From NCBI GenBank assembly GCA_021813945.1, contig JAKAJD010000002.1, forward strand, positions 33,343 through 97,342: a stretch of DNA of 64,000 bases, written 5' to 3'. This document shows, piece after piece, positions 19,938-29,474 of the stretch; the stretch's first letter is position 1, and each line of letters begins with the position of its first letter. This DNA comes from a bacterium. GTDB lineage: Bacteria; Patescibacteriota; Microgenomatia; Curtissbacterales; GWA2-41-24. A model generated the notes under the pieces. It was not told where the DNA came from. It worked only from the letters and a program-made list of their open reading frames with translations, and ran no database searches. Made by a program: the position numbers and the translations under genes.

Positions 19938-20085
19938 TCAATAGATTTGTATAAATTTGGAGCTTTGCGCGGTTTGCGCTCTTGCAGGCTTTTGAAGATC
20001 TTGCAGGTAAAAAAGATCTTGAATTTTTGCTCCGGAACTAATCATTGCAAAACTTATAAACACTTGTCAACACCCCAAAACACTT

Positions 20086-20094
20086 TGTGGATAA
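20086..20094 (-). promoter_or_regulatory. Perfect DnaA box in the dnaA/rpmH promoter region
   Basis: TGTGGATAA, the reverse complement of TTATCCACA. Confidence 0.7.
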
Positions 20095-20151
20095 GTCCAA
20101 AAATTAGCCTCGCCTCTTGCAAATTTTATACTTCTCATATATGCTTTTCCC

Positions 20152-20289
20152 ATGCCAAAGCGCACTTATCAGCCCAAAAAAAAGAAGAGAGCCAGAACGC
20201 ACGGATTTAGAAAAAGAATGCAAAAATCAGGAGGCAAAAAAGTCCTAAAAAGACGAAGGGCAAAAAACAGGTCGAAATTAGCCGTTTAA
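20152..20289 (+). CDS. rpmH: 50S ribosomal protein L34 (not in ORF track)
   Basis: Manual translation [45 protein letters not shown]; canonical position. Confidence 0.97.
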   Translation: MPKRTYQPKKKKRARTHGFRKRMQKSGGKKVLKRRRAKNRSKLAV

Positions 20290-20603
20290 TGTCATCTTCC
20301 TCAATAGGCAAGAATTTACCACCTAAAAAATTAACTGGCATAAGTTTGAACAGGGAGGGAAATAAATCTGATTTTGGGCTAATTTACAAAAAAAATCTAA
20401 AATCAAAACTTACAATTGTAATAACTAAAAAAATAGTTCCAAAAGCAGTTTCCAGAAATAGAATCAGACGGCTAATCAAGGAAGTACTGAGGAAAATAAA
20501 TCTAAAAGGAGATTTAAAAATAATTGTCAAACAGGACTTGTCCGGATTAAAATTACAAGACGTTAAAAAAAATCTCGAGCCGCAGATTAAAAAGCTAATT
20601 TAA
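20289..20603 (+). CDS. rnpA: Ribonuclease P protein component
   Basis: KKIVPKAVSRNRIRR (RNR motif); synteny. Confidence 0.88.
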   Translation: MSSSSIGKNLPPKKLTGISLNREGNKSDFGLIYKKNLKSKLTIVITKKIVPKAVSRNRIRRLIKEVLRKINLKGDLKIIVKQDLSGLKLQDVKKNLEPQIKKLI

Positions 20604-20800
20604 TGATTACAATTCTATATAACATTTACCATCTCATTTTTCCCTCGAAAATTAGATCCTGCAGATATGACCCAACCTGTTCTGAATACATGTTGGATGC
20701 CACCAAAAAGTACGGGTTGGCAAGAGGTCTCATCAAGGGTACCATCAGAATATTATCATGTCATCCGTTATCAAAAAGACCATACTTTGACCCGGCATAA
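20603..20800 (+). CDS. yidD: Membrane protein insertion efficiency factor
   Basis: CRYDPTCSEY..KYG..RILSCHP. Confidence 0.92.
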   Translation: MITILYNIYHLIFPSKIRSCRYDPTCSEYMLDATKKYGLARGLIKGTIRILSCHPLSKRPYFDPA

Positions 20801-20803
20801 AAA

Positions 20804-21628
20804 ATGAATCCATTTGACGCGCTTCTAATTAACCCCATCCTAAACGTACTTATTGTTTTCTATAAGGCACTTATCTTTTTACATATTCCCGGCGCGCTTG
20901 GCCTTGCAATAATCTTTCTTACAGTATTAATTCGCCTTATCCTATGGCCCTTAACCGCAGCCCAGCTTAAAAGCACCCAAAAAATGGCAGCCCTAAAACC
21001 ACACCTTGATCGCATCAAGGCCGAACATGGTCACGACAAAGTTCGCCACCAAGAAGAAGTTACCAAACTCTACAAAGAACATGGAGTAAACCCTCTTGCT
21101 GGTTGTCTTCCACTTCTTGTTCAAATACCTGTCTTTATTGCTCTTTATAGAGTGCTTCTGGAAATAGTCGATCCGACAAAAACAGATTTTCTAACCAAGA
21201 TCAACTCAAAAATATATTTTCCTGCTATGCACCTTGATAAAATTCCCAACACCTTCTTTTTTGGCCTAAGACTGGAAGACAAACCGAGCAACTGGGCTCA
21301 TATTGGCTTTTTCATTTTGGTAATCCCGATTTTGACTGGGCTTTTCCAGTATGTTCAATCAAAGATGCTCATGCCGGCTGTCCAAACTCCCACAGTCAAA
21401 CCAAAAACCAGCGGCAAGGAAAAAGAAAGCATGGAAGACGCCATGGCCTCAATGCAATCCCAAATGTCTTTTATCATGCCGGCAATGATAGCCTTCTTTT
21501 CTTATGGGTTTCCAGTTGGCCTCTCGCTTTATTGGAACACTTTTACTATAATCGGCATCATTCAGCAGTATTTGATATCTGGCGCAGGTTCTTTTAATAA
21601 GTTTCTCCCAGAAAAATACAGAAAATAA
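20804..21628 (+). CDS. yidC: Membrane protein insertase YidC/Oxa1
   Basis: LYKEHGVNPLAGCLPLLVQIPVFIALY, GLSLYW. Confidence 0.95.
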   Translation: MNPFDALLINPILNVLIVFYKALIFLHIPGALGLAIIFLTVLIRLILWPLTAAQLKSTQKMAALKPHLDRIKAEHGHDKVRHQEEVTKLYKEHGVNPLAGCLPLLVQIPVFIALYRVLLEIVDPTKTDFLTKINSKIYFPAMHLDKIPNTFFFGLRLEDKPSNWAHIGFFILVIPILTGLFQYVQSKMLMPAVQTPTVKPKTSGKEKESMEDAMASMQSQMSFIMPAMIAFFSYGFPVGLSLYWNTFTIIGIIQQYLISGAGSFNKFLPEKYRK

Positions 21629-21629
21629 A

Positions 21630-22103
21630 ATGGCAAAAACACAAGTAAACACTAAGTTAGATGAAAACCTTGTTGCCCAAAACGTCAAGGAATTAATTGA
21701 ACTCCTTGACGTTTCCGCAACTGCGGAAATATCCAAAATCGACAATACTTACTTCGTCGATGTTTCTTCCAAAGATTCATCACTTTTAATCGGCAAACTC
21801 GGTGCAAATCTCGAAAGCTTGCAATTTATTTTAGCTGTTCGCTTAAAATCACAAACAAAAAATGACGACTTTGAAGTTTTTCTCGATATAGACGGCTGGC
21901 GTAAACAAAAAGAGCAAAGGCTAGAAAAAATGGCAGATTCCATAGCAGGACGTGTAGAAGAAACCGGTAAAGAAGAAATTTTATATAATCTCAAACCATC
22001 AGAAAGAAGAGTAATTCATGCATATCTTACCAATCATCCGGCCGTGACTACCATTTCCGAAGGCGAAGGCGACTCAAGGTATTTGATAATCAAACCCAAG
22101 TAA
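21630..22103 (+). CDS. jag: Jag/KhpB RNA-binding protein (KH + R3H)
   Basis: LIGKLGANLESLQ, ERRVIH, SEGEG; synteny. Confidence 0.88.
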   Translation: MAKTQVNTKLDENLVAQNVKELIELLDVSATAEISKIDNTYFVDVSSKDSSLLIGKLGANLESLQFILAVRLKSQTKNDDFEVFLDIDGWRKQKEQRLEKMADSIAGRVEETGKEEILYNLKPSERRVIHAYLTNHPAVTTISEGEGDSRYLIIKPK

Positions 22104-22128
22104 CTTAATCTGCTGTCCACAAAACCTG

Positions 22129-23352
22129 ATGCCAAAAAGAAAGATACTCTTTCTTCTCGTCCTAGCGGCTGTTCCAATTCAACTTGGAAAATTCTTTTTC
22201 CCTAATTACTCCTATGTACTTGGCATACCTATAGATTACCGAGCCCAAAATTTATATCTTTCCGACATAATCGTTCTTGCGTATCTTTTAACCTCAATCG
22301 TGACCTTATCATTATCGAAAAAAAAATTAAAATCAAACTTTGGAAAATTTTGCAAAGAAAGGTCATTTTACCTTTTTAGTCTATGCCTTTTTTTAAGTTA
22401 TCTTTTGGTGAATTCGCTTTTCTTCTCGATTTCCAAGTACGCATCCTTATACTTTTTTGCCAAATCCTTGGAATTTGGCCTGCTTTCCATTTTTGCCGCT
22501 TATGATTTTTCAGAAATAAAACTCAAGCCGCTTATTCCTCAAGTCATAACCTTCTCAATTATATGGCAGTCATCAATTGCCCTTTTGCAGTTTTTAAATC
22601 AGCGGTCTTTAGGATTTTGGATTTTAGGTGAAAGATCCTTTAATATCACAACTCCTGATATTGCCCATTTCGAGGTTTTTGGCTACCAGCTCTTGAGGCC
22701 ATACGGGACTTTCTCCCACCCCAACGTTTTGGGTGCTTTTTTAGTTATCTACACTCTAATTTTGATCTCTACTAGGCCAAACAAAACTACACTTTTTATT
22801 AGTCCCGCAACCACCGTTTTGACTTTCTCAAAAGGAGCAATTTTAACCTTGTTAACAGCCTCGATTATAATCTCAAAAAACTTAAAGGATTTTACTCTAA
22901 AAATCATTTTGCTTGGCGTGATAGCGCTAATGTTAGCCAGAATCGCCTCAACCACCCAGGTCGCCTCTGTTGCTGAGAGGCTAACCTTAATCAAGGCTGC
23001 TCTCGATATTTCCCTAAAAAACCTAATATTCGGGATCGGCTCCAATAATTTTATTCTCGAATTATCTAAATTAGATTTAACTTCTATATCTCAAATAAGA
23101 CTTCTTCAACCTGTTCATAATGTTTTTCTGCTTGTCCTTGTTGAAAATGGCCTAGTAGGACTTTTTCTTTTTGCCACCATGCTTTTTGCTGTTTCCCAAA
23201 AAGCCCAAACTAAAGAAAAAACTGCCATTTTTATTGCTATTTTGATCTTTGCCACAATCGATCACTTTCTTTGGACTCTTCAGCAAGGCCTTTTAATCTT
23301 CTGGCTTTCACTAAGCTTCATTTTAAGCTCGCAAAAGCAATCTGCTTCCTGA
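22129..23352 (+). CDS. O-antigen ligase/Wzy-like membrane protein
   Basis: RPYGTFSHPN, FGIG..NF, PVHNVFL; multi-TM. Confidence 0.85.
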   Translation: MPKRKILFLLVLAAVPIQLGKFFFPNYSYVLGIPIDYRAQNLYLSDIIVLAYLLTSIVTLSLSKKKLKSNFGKFCKERSFYLFSLCLFLSYLLVNSLFFSISKYASLYFFAKSLEFGLLSIFAAYDFSEIKLKPLIPQVITFSIIWQSSIALLQFLNQRSLGFWILGERSFNITTPDIAHFEVFGYQLLRPYGTFSHPNVLGAFLVIYTLILISTRPNKTTLFISPATTVLTFSKGAILTLLTASIIISKNLKDFTLKIILLGVIALMLARIASTTQVASVAERLTLIKAALDISLKNLIFGIGSNNFILELSKLDLTSISQIRLLQPVHNVFLLVLVENGLVGLFLFATMLFAVSQKAQTKEKTAIFIAILIFATIDHFLWTLQQGLLIFWLSLSFILSSQKQSAS

Positions 23353-23367
23353 TATATTTACCATTAG

Positions 23368-24648
23368 ATGTTTAAAAAAGTAATTTATAATACGGCGTCA
23401 CAAATAGTTGGTAAATTCACAACAGCTACATCTAGTTTAATAATAACAATTTTAATTGGACGAACACTGGGCCCTGCTGGTTATGGAGACTTCACTAAAA
23501 TCTTTACATTCGTCGGCTATTTTTATACCTTTGCAGACTTTGGTTTTAACGCAATTTATATCAAGCAAGAAACCAAATCAGAAACCGGCAATTTAATCCG
23601 TTATCTTTTTGGATTACGTCTTCTAATATCCATTTCCTTAGCAATAGCGGCTATGCTTATAAGCCTTGCTCTTCCATATAACTCGGCGTTAGGTTTAGGC
23701 TTTAGCCCGCTTGTAAAAGTTGGAATCGCTATTGCTTCGCTGACTATAATTACCCAAGCACTTTTTACAACTGCGAATGCCGTTTTCCAAAAAAATTTAC
23801 GCTACGATCTTTCCACAATAGCCAGTGTCATTGGTACATTTTTAATTCTTGCCCTAACAATTTTGGCAGTTTTGGAAAAATCGCCGATTTTTTTCTACGT
23901 TGCCGCCTACGTATTTGGAGGCATAACTTTTGTAACAATTGCTTATTTTTTAATATTAAAAAAATTTAACCTTTCTATTTTGCCGCTATTTTCCAAAACC
24001 GTCTTTCAAAAGCTCCTAAGTGCTGCTTGGCCAATTGGCATGGCACTTATTTTTAACTTAATCTACTTTAGAGTTGATGTTTTAATTCTTTCCTACACTT
24101 GGCCATCTCAAGAGGTTGGTCTTTATGGTATTGCCTATCAGTTTTTTGAAGTTGCGCTGGCGGTTCCTATATTTTTTGCAAATGCTCTTTATCCTCTACT
24201 TTCAAATCTCTACATCCAAAGTCAAAGCGAATACCAAAAACAGACAAAGTTATGGACCTTAATCCTCTTTGTTTTTTCTCTTGCTCTTTCACTGGCTCTT
24301 ATGGTCGCCGCTGAAATTATCCCTATACTTTTAGGGTCTCGATTTGCCCCTTCAAAAACGGCACTTATAATTTTGGCACTTGGCATGCCTTTCTTTTTCA
24401 TCTCTGCTCTCTTTTGGCATATGATAATAATTCACAACAAACAAAAGACCCTAATTGCAATTTATGGTCTTGGGGCAATTTTCAATATCACATCAAATCT
24501 TATCTTTATTCCCAAATATGGTTTTTTGGCAGCAGCGATAACAACAGTTGCCTCAGAAGCACTTGTACTTCTTCTTTTGGCTCTGGTTTTAAAATCGCCT
24601 TTTGGCCGTGGTATTCCATCGCCCGTTGCCCCAAACACGCTCGAATGA
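23368..24648 (+). CDS. Polysaccharide flippase (Wzx-like)
   Basis: LGPAGYG, DFG, RVDVLIL..VGLYG, IPKYG..AA. Confidence 0.88.
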   Translation: MFKKVIYNTASQIVGKFTTATSSLIITILIGRTLGPAGYGDFTKIFTFVGYFYTFADFGFNAIYIKQETKSETGNLIRYLFGLRLLISISLAIAAMLISLALPYNSALGLGFSPLVKVGIAIASLTIITQALFTTANAVFQKNLRYDLSTIASVIGTFLILALTILAVLEKSPIFFYVAAYVFGGITFVTIAYFLILKKFNLSILPLFSKTVFQKLLSAAWPIGMALIFNLIYFRVDVLILSYTWPSQEVGLYGIAYQFFEVALAVPIFFANALYPLLSNLYIQSQSEYQKQTKLWTLILFVFSLALSLALMVAAEIIPILLGSRFAPSKTALIILALGMPFFFISALFWHMIIIHNKQKTLIAIYGLGAIFNITSNLIFIPKYGFLAAAITTVASEALVLLLLALVLKSPFGRGIPSPVAPNTLE

Positions 24649-24661
24649 TTAAAATACCTAC

Positions 24662-25063
24662 GTGATAGAAATTTACACAGATGGCGGCTCTCGCGGCAAT
24701 CCTGGTCCGGCAGCATATGGATTTATAGTCAAAAGCCAAGGGCAAACTATCCATAAGCAAAACGGCTACATCGGAATTGCCACAAACAATACCGCCGAGT
24801 ATACTGCGGTTTTAGAAGCGCTCAAATGGTTAACAGAAAAATTTAAAAATGAAAATTTGAAATTTTTTATGGATTCTCAACTTGTTGTTTCTCAAATGTC
24901 AGGTCTATATAAAGTCAAAAATAACAACATCCGCGATTTGCTTTTCAAAATTCGTGAGCTAGAGTCAAATTTTACAAGTGTTTCCCTAACTCATATTCCC
25001 CGAGAAGAAAATATGGAGGCAGACCGTCAAGTTAATCTTGCGCTAGATAACCATGGAGCTTAA
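24662..25063 (+). CDS. rnhA: Ribonuclease HI family
   Basis: YTDGGSRGNPGPA, TNNTAEY, DSQLV, HIPRE.N..AD. Confidence 0.92.
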   Translation: MIEIYTDGGSRGNPGPAAYGFIVKSQGQTIHKQNGYIGIATNNTAEYTAVLEALKWLTEKFKNENLKFFMDSQLVVSQMSGLYKVKNNNIRDLLFKIRELESNFTSVSLTHIPREENMEADRQVNLALDNHGA

Positions 25064-25619
25064 GAAATATTTCAAAACTGTCAAGAATGATTTTGTTTTA
25101 GCTTTAGCAATCGGTCTTATAATTGGCATTGTCTCTTACTTTAGCGCCCCACATATCCAGTCCGGTTTTAGATCCCAGAAAACCTTTTATCTGGCAAGCT
25201 CAGACACTCAGTCTGCTCAAGGTTACAATTTCGGCGGATATTTTTCGCAAAGCACTGCTATCAATGAAACTGACACCGCAGTTGCTGTGCTTGAGAGCCC
25301 AGATTTTCAAAGCTTAATACCCGGATCAAATGCTGCGATCGCGACTAGAAAGCTTGCTCCTCAAGTAATCCAAATCACAATTACCTCGAAAAATGCCGAT
25401 ATCACAAGGCAGGTTATGGAAAGGCTGCCTAATTTATTTAATCTTAAGATGCATGATTTGAATCCAAATGGGCCCAATCTTTCCTTAAATAAAATTTCTG
25501 ATGAAGTTGTTACCTCCTACCACTCAATTAATTCTAAATTCGTTTCAATAGCTGGTTTTATTTTTGGTATGATACTTGCCTTTTTGATCCTTGGCTTAAA
25601 AACATACCTGGAAATTTAA
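25053..25619 (+). CDS. Wzz/CapA-like chain-length determinant
   Basis: MELKKYF start, two terminal TMs with a loop between them. Confidence 0.55.
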   Translation: MELKKYFKTVKNDFVLALAIGLIIGIVSYFSAPHIQSGFRSQKTFYLASSDTQSAQGYNFGGYFSQSTAINETDTAVAVLESPDFQSLIPGSNAAIATRKLAPQVIQITITSKNADITRQVMERLPNLFNLKMHDLNPNGPNLSLNKISDEVVTSYHSINSKFVSIAGFIFGMILAFLILGLKTYLEI

Positions 25620-28490
25620 ATGGAACCAACTGCCCCAAAGAAGCTGCATATATTAATAACTAATGCTGGTTCATATTTAGGGGCTTCGCTTTCAAAAGTT
25701 TTTTTATCCGAAGGCCACGTTGTTTTTGGTGTAGGAAATCTAAGTCCAACAGATGAAGTTTTAAAAAACCCCAATTTCACGTTTGCACAGCTAGATTTAG
25801 CCCAACCGATCCCTGCCCAATTCCCACACTTTGATTTAATTTTCAATCTGGTAAACGAACTCCCTCAAATAGGAAGTTTCAATCTATCTTCAAGTTTGCC
25901 GCCCCAAACAGCTAATTTGCTAAACATCGCCAAAGAGGGTAAAACTAAAGTTTTTTTTCTCGCTCCAATCACCTCAAATCCACAAATTTTTGAACATCTC
26001 GCACACGATCAAAATTTAAAGGAGAATCTAAAACTTCTTTTAGTGGGCAACGTTTACGGTCAAGATATGCCAGTTGTTCTTTCATGGGTAAATAACGCAA
26101 GTAAAAACGATTACTTTTCCGAGGGCAATATTCTTGCAAATCTAATTGGCCAAGCCTCCAAAACGGATAAAGTCATTCTAGAAAAGGAAGGTATAGAAAT
26201 GATCTACCCTACTTATATTGAAGATGCAACAGACGCAATTAAAAAACTCATTTTCTCAAAAGACCACAAAAACGTAAGATTTATTGTTTCACAACCAGCG
26301 GTAAGATCCCTTTCTGCAGCCTATGAAATTCAAACAGCAGCCAGAAGCGTGCTCTCAAAAGAGCTTAAACTCTTTTTTGCCGGAGAAAAACAACTTATAG
26401 AAAAAGTTCCGGAACCTATTATCAGAACATCAGATCTGGGGTACTCACCGAAATTCAACCTTCAAGAAGGTTTAAAATTAACCCTCGAATCGCTCAAAGA
26501 AAGAGAATTGGTTTCATACCAAGCAGCTTTTCAGCCTACTTTAAAATTAGAAACCCAGCATTCGCAAGCTATTGAACAAAAAAAGCAAAATCTCGCAAAA
26601 TCTTCTAAAAAAATTTTTAAAATGCCCAAACTTACAAACCGCTTTAACTTTAAAAAAGCGCTCTTTGCAGCAGCAGTAATAATAATTTTAATAATTGTCA
26701 AAACTGCCATAGATACCATTTGGGCGGTTCATAACCTGTCACAAGCAAAAATCGAAATAATGGCAGGAAATTTTAATAAAGCGCAAAAAGAAGCAGACTC
26801 AGCTGCTAAATCATTTAAAGCAGCCTACAATAAAGCAGCGATTTTAACATACCCAGTTAAGATTTTTTACAAAAAATCGCCGTCCCCAGCAGAAGTGTTT
26901 CTGGCAGCGCAAAAAAGTGCCCAATCAGCATCTTTTTTTATTCAAGGAACACAGTCATTTACTCAAAATATCAAATCTATTTTTGATAAAAACATGAATA
27001 CAGATTCAAACTATGACATTCCGACTGTTGACTATCAAAATGCCTACTTACTTTCATCTCAGTCAGAAGAATTGCTCAAAAACCTGCCTGTTCAGTTTCC
27101 GAAGTCAAAAATCGAAGCGGCAGAGAATTCAATTCAGACCTTAAAAAATCTTTCGCAGTCTGCGCTTGAACTGGTAAATTTCACAAATGACTTTGTTTCT
27201 CAAGACGGTAAAAAAACATATCTCGTACTTTTAGAAAACAATACTGAACTTAGACCAGGCGGCGGCTTTATCGGAAGTTACGCCATCGTTAATTTTGAAA
27301 AAGGCAAATTTCAGGATGTAATCGTTAGCGACATTTACAATATTGACGGCCAACTTAAGGAAAAAATTACTCCACCAGCTCAATTAACAGAAAAACTCGG
27401 TATCAAACAGCTTTATCTTCGTGATTCCAACTGGAGCACTGATTTTGCATTAAATGCAGCAACAGCCAAAGATTTTTACAAAAAGGAAACCGGTTCAGAC
27501 ATCAACGGTGTCATCTCAACTGATCTGACCTATATCCAGTGGCTTTTGGACAAAATTGGTCCCATCAAGCTTTCTGACTACAATGAGACAATAACCGCCC
27601 AAAATATTTTTGAAAGAGGAGAATACCATTCTGAAGTTGGCTTTTTCCCCGGATCAACACAAAAGAAGGATTTCTTCGCCACATTAACTGGTAGCCTTTT
27701 TCAAAATATTACAACCAACTTGGCCTCCACCCCGACTAAAGATCACCCGGCTCCTTGGGCCGGTATAATTCTGGCTACCAAAGACGCACTTGACCAGTCT
27801 CATTTAATGCTTTCTTTTGACGATCAAAATTTAGCCTCTTTTGTAAAAGGTAAAGGCTGGGATCATCCTCTTCCACCAACATTTTACAATCCGACAGACG
27901 ACACCAAAGGCACTCGAGATTTCCTGGCTCTTTCAGAAGCCAATCTCGGTGCAAATAAAGTCAACAGACTCATAGAAAGGAGCATTGACTACGAAATGAC
28001 AATCGGCAAAGACGCAGACTTGGTCGCAAAATTGAAAATAACTTACAAAAACAACAGCCAGGCAGACACTTGGCCAGCAGGAAAATACACTAATTATCTA
28101 AGAGTCTATACCCCATTTGCATCAAGCCTTTTCGCAATCCAAAACGGTGATGATACTAACCTCAAAGACGTTGAAGTTACAAATCAAAACAGTATGACAG
28201 TTTTTGGAACCTATGTGGAAGTACCAATTAAATCAACAAAAACAATCACCTTTACATACCGCATTCCTAAAAATATTAAACTGGAACAAGCTCCTTCTTA
28301 TAATTTTTACATTCAAAAACAGCCTGGAACAGATAAAGACCCTCTAGCCTTCCATTTTAATCTACCAGGCTATCTTGCAGTTAAATCAGTAAATGGTGAG
28401 CAGCAGTCATATCAAGATAAACAAAACATCCAAGTCAACACGGACCTTTCAGTAGATAGACGCTATGAAATAGATTTACTAAAAAAGTGA
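25620..28490 (+). CDS. Degenerate NAD-dependent epimerase domain + TM + DUF4012 domain protein
   Basis: ILITNAGSYLG (altered Rossmann); ENNTELRPGGGFIGSY, LRDSNW, ANLGANKVN, NYLRVY, QKQPG. Confidence 0.75.
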   Translation: MEPTAPKKLHILITNAGSYLGASLSKVFLSEGHVVFGVGNLSPTDEVLKNPNFTFAQLDLAQPIPAQFPHFDLIFNLVNELPQIGSFNLSSSLPPQTANLLNIAKEGKTKVFFLAPITSNPQIFEHLAHDQNLKENLKLLLVGNVYGQDMPVVLSWVNNASKNDYFSEGNILANLIGQASKTDKVILEKEGIEMIYPTYIEDATDAIKKLIFSKDHKNVRFIVSQPAVRSLSAAYEIQTAARSVLSKELKLFFAGEKQLIEKVPEPIIRTSDLGYSPKFNLQEGLKLTLESLKERELVSYQAAFQPTLKLETQHSQAIEQKKQNLAKSSKKIFKMPKLTNRFNFKKALFAAAVIIILIIVKTAIDTIWAVHNLSQAKIEIMAGNFNKAQKEADSAAKSFKAAYNKAAILTYPVKIFYKKSPSPAEVFLAAQKSAQSASFFIQGTQSFTQNIKSIFDKNMNTDSNYDIPTVDYQNAYLLSSQSEELLKNLPVQFPKSKIEAAENSIQTLKNLSQSALELVNFTNDFVSQDGKKTYLVLLENNTELRPGGGFIGSYAIVNFEKGKFQDVIVSDIYNIDGQLKEKITPPAQLTEKLGIKQLYLRDSNWSTDFALNAATAKDFYKKETGSDINGVISTDLTYIQWLLDKIGPIKLSDYNETITAQNIFERGEYHSEVGFFPGSTQKKDFFATLTGSLFQNITTNLASTPTKDHPAPWAGIILATKDALDQSHLMLSFDDQNLASFVKGKGWDHPLPPTFYNPTDDTKGTRDFLALSEANLGANKVNRLIERSIDYEMTIGKDADLVAKLKITYKNNSQADTWPAGKYTNYLRVYTPFASSLFAIQNGDDTNLKDVEVTNQNSMTVFGTYVEVPIKSTKTITFTYRIPKNIKLEQAPSYNFYIQKQPGTDKDPLAFHFNLPGYLAVKSVNGEQQSYQDKQNIQVNTDLSVDRRYEIDLLKK

Positions 28491-28571
28491 GTTGACCGCA
28501 AAGTCCTATATTTGTTATCATCCACCAGATGGACCTTCTAAATGGGGTCCATGCTTATTAAAAAAGAAACT

Positions 28572-29309
28572 ATGGAACAAACACCGTTGGCAGCACAAGC
28601 AAGAACGACTCTTGGCCGCAAGGTTAAAAAACTAAGGGCGGAAGGCCTCATCCCGGCTCACGTTTTTGGCCACAAAATAACAACCACCCATGTCCAGGTC
28701 AAATCTAGCGACTTTTCTAAGGTTTTCGAAAAAGTCGGAGAAACGGGAATTATCGATCTTACTGTCGATGGAAAAAAGAAACCAGTCTTGGTTAAAAACG
28801 TGCAAATACATCCTGTTTCCGGCGAGCCTCTACATATTGATTTCTATCAGGTTAACCTTTCTGAAAAAGTCAAAGTCAATGTGCCTTTGGAAATCACAGG
28901 CGAAGCACCAGCAGTTGAAAAGAAAATCGGCCTTCTTCTAACTCCTGTTTCAGAAATCGAAATTGAAGCGCTGCCTGCAGACCTTCCAGAAAATATCCAA
29001 GTAGATATTTCTAAACTGGAAAATATCGGCGACGAAATTAGAATTAAAGACCTTAAAATTGATAGGTCAAAAATTGAAATTCATACAGATGAAGAATTAA
29101 TTGTCGCCTCAATCGGAGAGCTCGTTACCAAAGAAATGGAAGCCCTTGAAGCGGAAGTTGAAGCCGAACAAGCAGAAGCAGCAGCCGAGTCAGCAGCGGC
29201 TGAGGGGGCAGAAGCTCCTGCAGAAGGCGAACAGAAAGCAGAAGGGGAACCCACTCCAGCAGAAGGTGGAGAATCCACCGAAAAACCTCAAGAAGAAAAG
29301 TCAGAATAA
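28572..29309 (+). CDS. rplY: 50S ribosomal protein L25/CTC with acidic tail (start may be 28542/28551)
   Basis: LRAEGLIPAHVFG, HPVS..LHIDFY, LPENIQVDI. Confidence 0.95.
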   Translation: MEQTPLAAQARTTLGRKVKKLRAEGLIPAHVFGHKITTTHVQVKSSDFSKVFEKVGETGIIDLTVDGKKKPVLVKNVQIHPVSGEPLHIDFYQVNLSEKVKVNVPLEITGEAPAVEKKIGLLLTPVSEIEIEALPADLPENIQVDISKLENIGDEIRIKDLKIDRSKIEIHTDEELIVASIGELVTKEMEALEAEVEAEQAEAAAESAAAEGAEAPAEGEQKAEGEPTPAEGGESTEKPQEEKSE

Positions 29310-29310
29310 G

Positions 29311-29468
29311 TGCGGATAAATTTGCCTCTGTCAATTTTTTATACTGAGGAGTGTAACGACCAAGTGCGGTAATTATTGCGTTAAATATGCGTTAATATTG
29401 AACGTCTTGAGGGAAGTCGTAGGACGGATATTATGCGGTAATCTTGTTTACACTGAATGTAATGAAGT
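29311..29468 (+). repeat. Cluster of degenerate CTGA..GAAG REP-like hairpins interspersed with TGCG(G/T)TAA repeats
   Basis: Hairpin copies at 29343-29365, 29404-29425, 29446-29468; TGCGGTAAT at 29365 and 29434; TGCGTTAA at 29377 and 29388. Confidence 0.5.
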
Positions 29469-29474
29469 ACAGAA

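Noticed and set aside
19920-20210. 96-aa + strand ORF in the dnaA-rpmH spacer
   Set aside because: Overlaps both dnaA and the true rpmH frame; no recognisable features.
22300-22320. VTLSLSK peptide in the O-antigen ligase resembling a translated REP-like repeat
   Set aside because: The nucleotide sequence lacks the CTGAG..GAAG hairpin; probably coincidence or too decayed to support.
29343-29365. CTGAGGA resembling the hammerhead ribozyme core CUGANGA
   Set aside because: No properly placed GAAA or three-stem junction; better explained as a degenerate REP-like hairpin.
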